From Priapulus caudatus (Eukaryota), in assembly GCF_000485595.1 (NCBI RefSeq), contig NW_014577082.1:4483-40173 (forward strand): a stretch of DNA of 35,691 nucleotides, given 5' to 3'. Below the pieces are notes generated by a model. It saw only the letters and a list, made by a program, of their open reading frames with translations, was not told the origin of the DNA and made no database searches. Positions 35,608-35,691 of this stretch are shown here, one piece after another (position 1 is the first letter of the stretch; every line of letters begins with the position of its first letter). Position numbers and translations under genes: made by a program.

Positions 35608-35691
35608 TGTATGTATGTATGTATGTATGTATGTATGTATGTATGTATGTATGTATGTATGTATGTATGTATGTATGTATGTATGTATGTA
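35581..35691. repeat. (GTAT)n microsatellite
   Basis: Perfect run at the window end. Confidence 0.98.

Overview
Eukaryotic, microsatellite-rich invertebrate genomic DNA, most likely an ecdysozoan judging from the cuticlin-like gene; the species cannot be determined. The one well-supported gene is on the minus strand. It has 9 coding exons (34240 down to 12432), all joined by GT-AG introns with matching phases, and gives an 812-aa ZP (zona pellucida) domain membrane protein of cuticlin/dusky type. The architecture is signal peptide, ~370-aa Cys-free disordered region with repeated [ND]P[FYW] motifs, 10-Cys ZP module, RKRR furin site, TM helix and short tail. The ORF track captures only fragments of it, and nearly all other listed ORFs are microsatellite translations. 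About 22 kb (c. 2.85-24.77 kb) is a nested set of direct and inverted copies of the same ~9.5 kb of sequence. The copies differ by scattered short indels, overlap across a 25-N gap, and share one 1.14-kb low-complexity block that is base-identical. This looks like a long-read gap-filling/fold-back assembly artefact rather than biology. Collapsing it gives a plausible last intron of ~2.2 kb. Smaller features are a MITE/foldback element in intron 7, tandem copies of an exon end plus splice donor, and several minisatellites. I found no convincing novel biological system.
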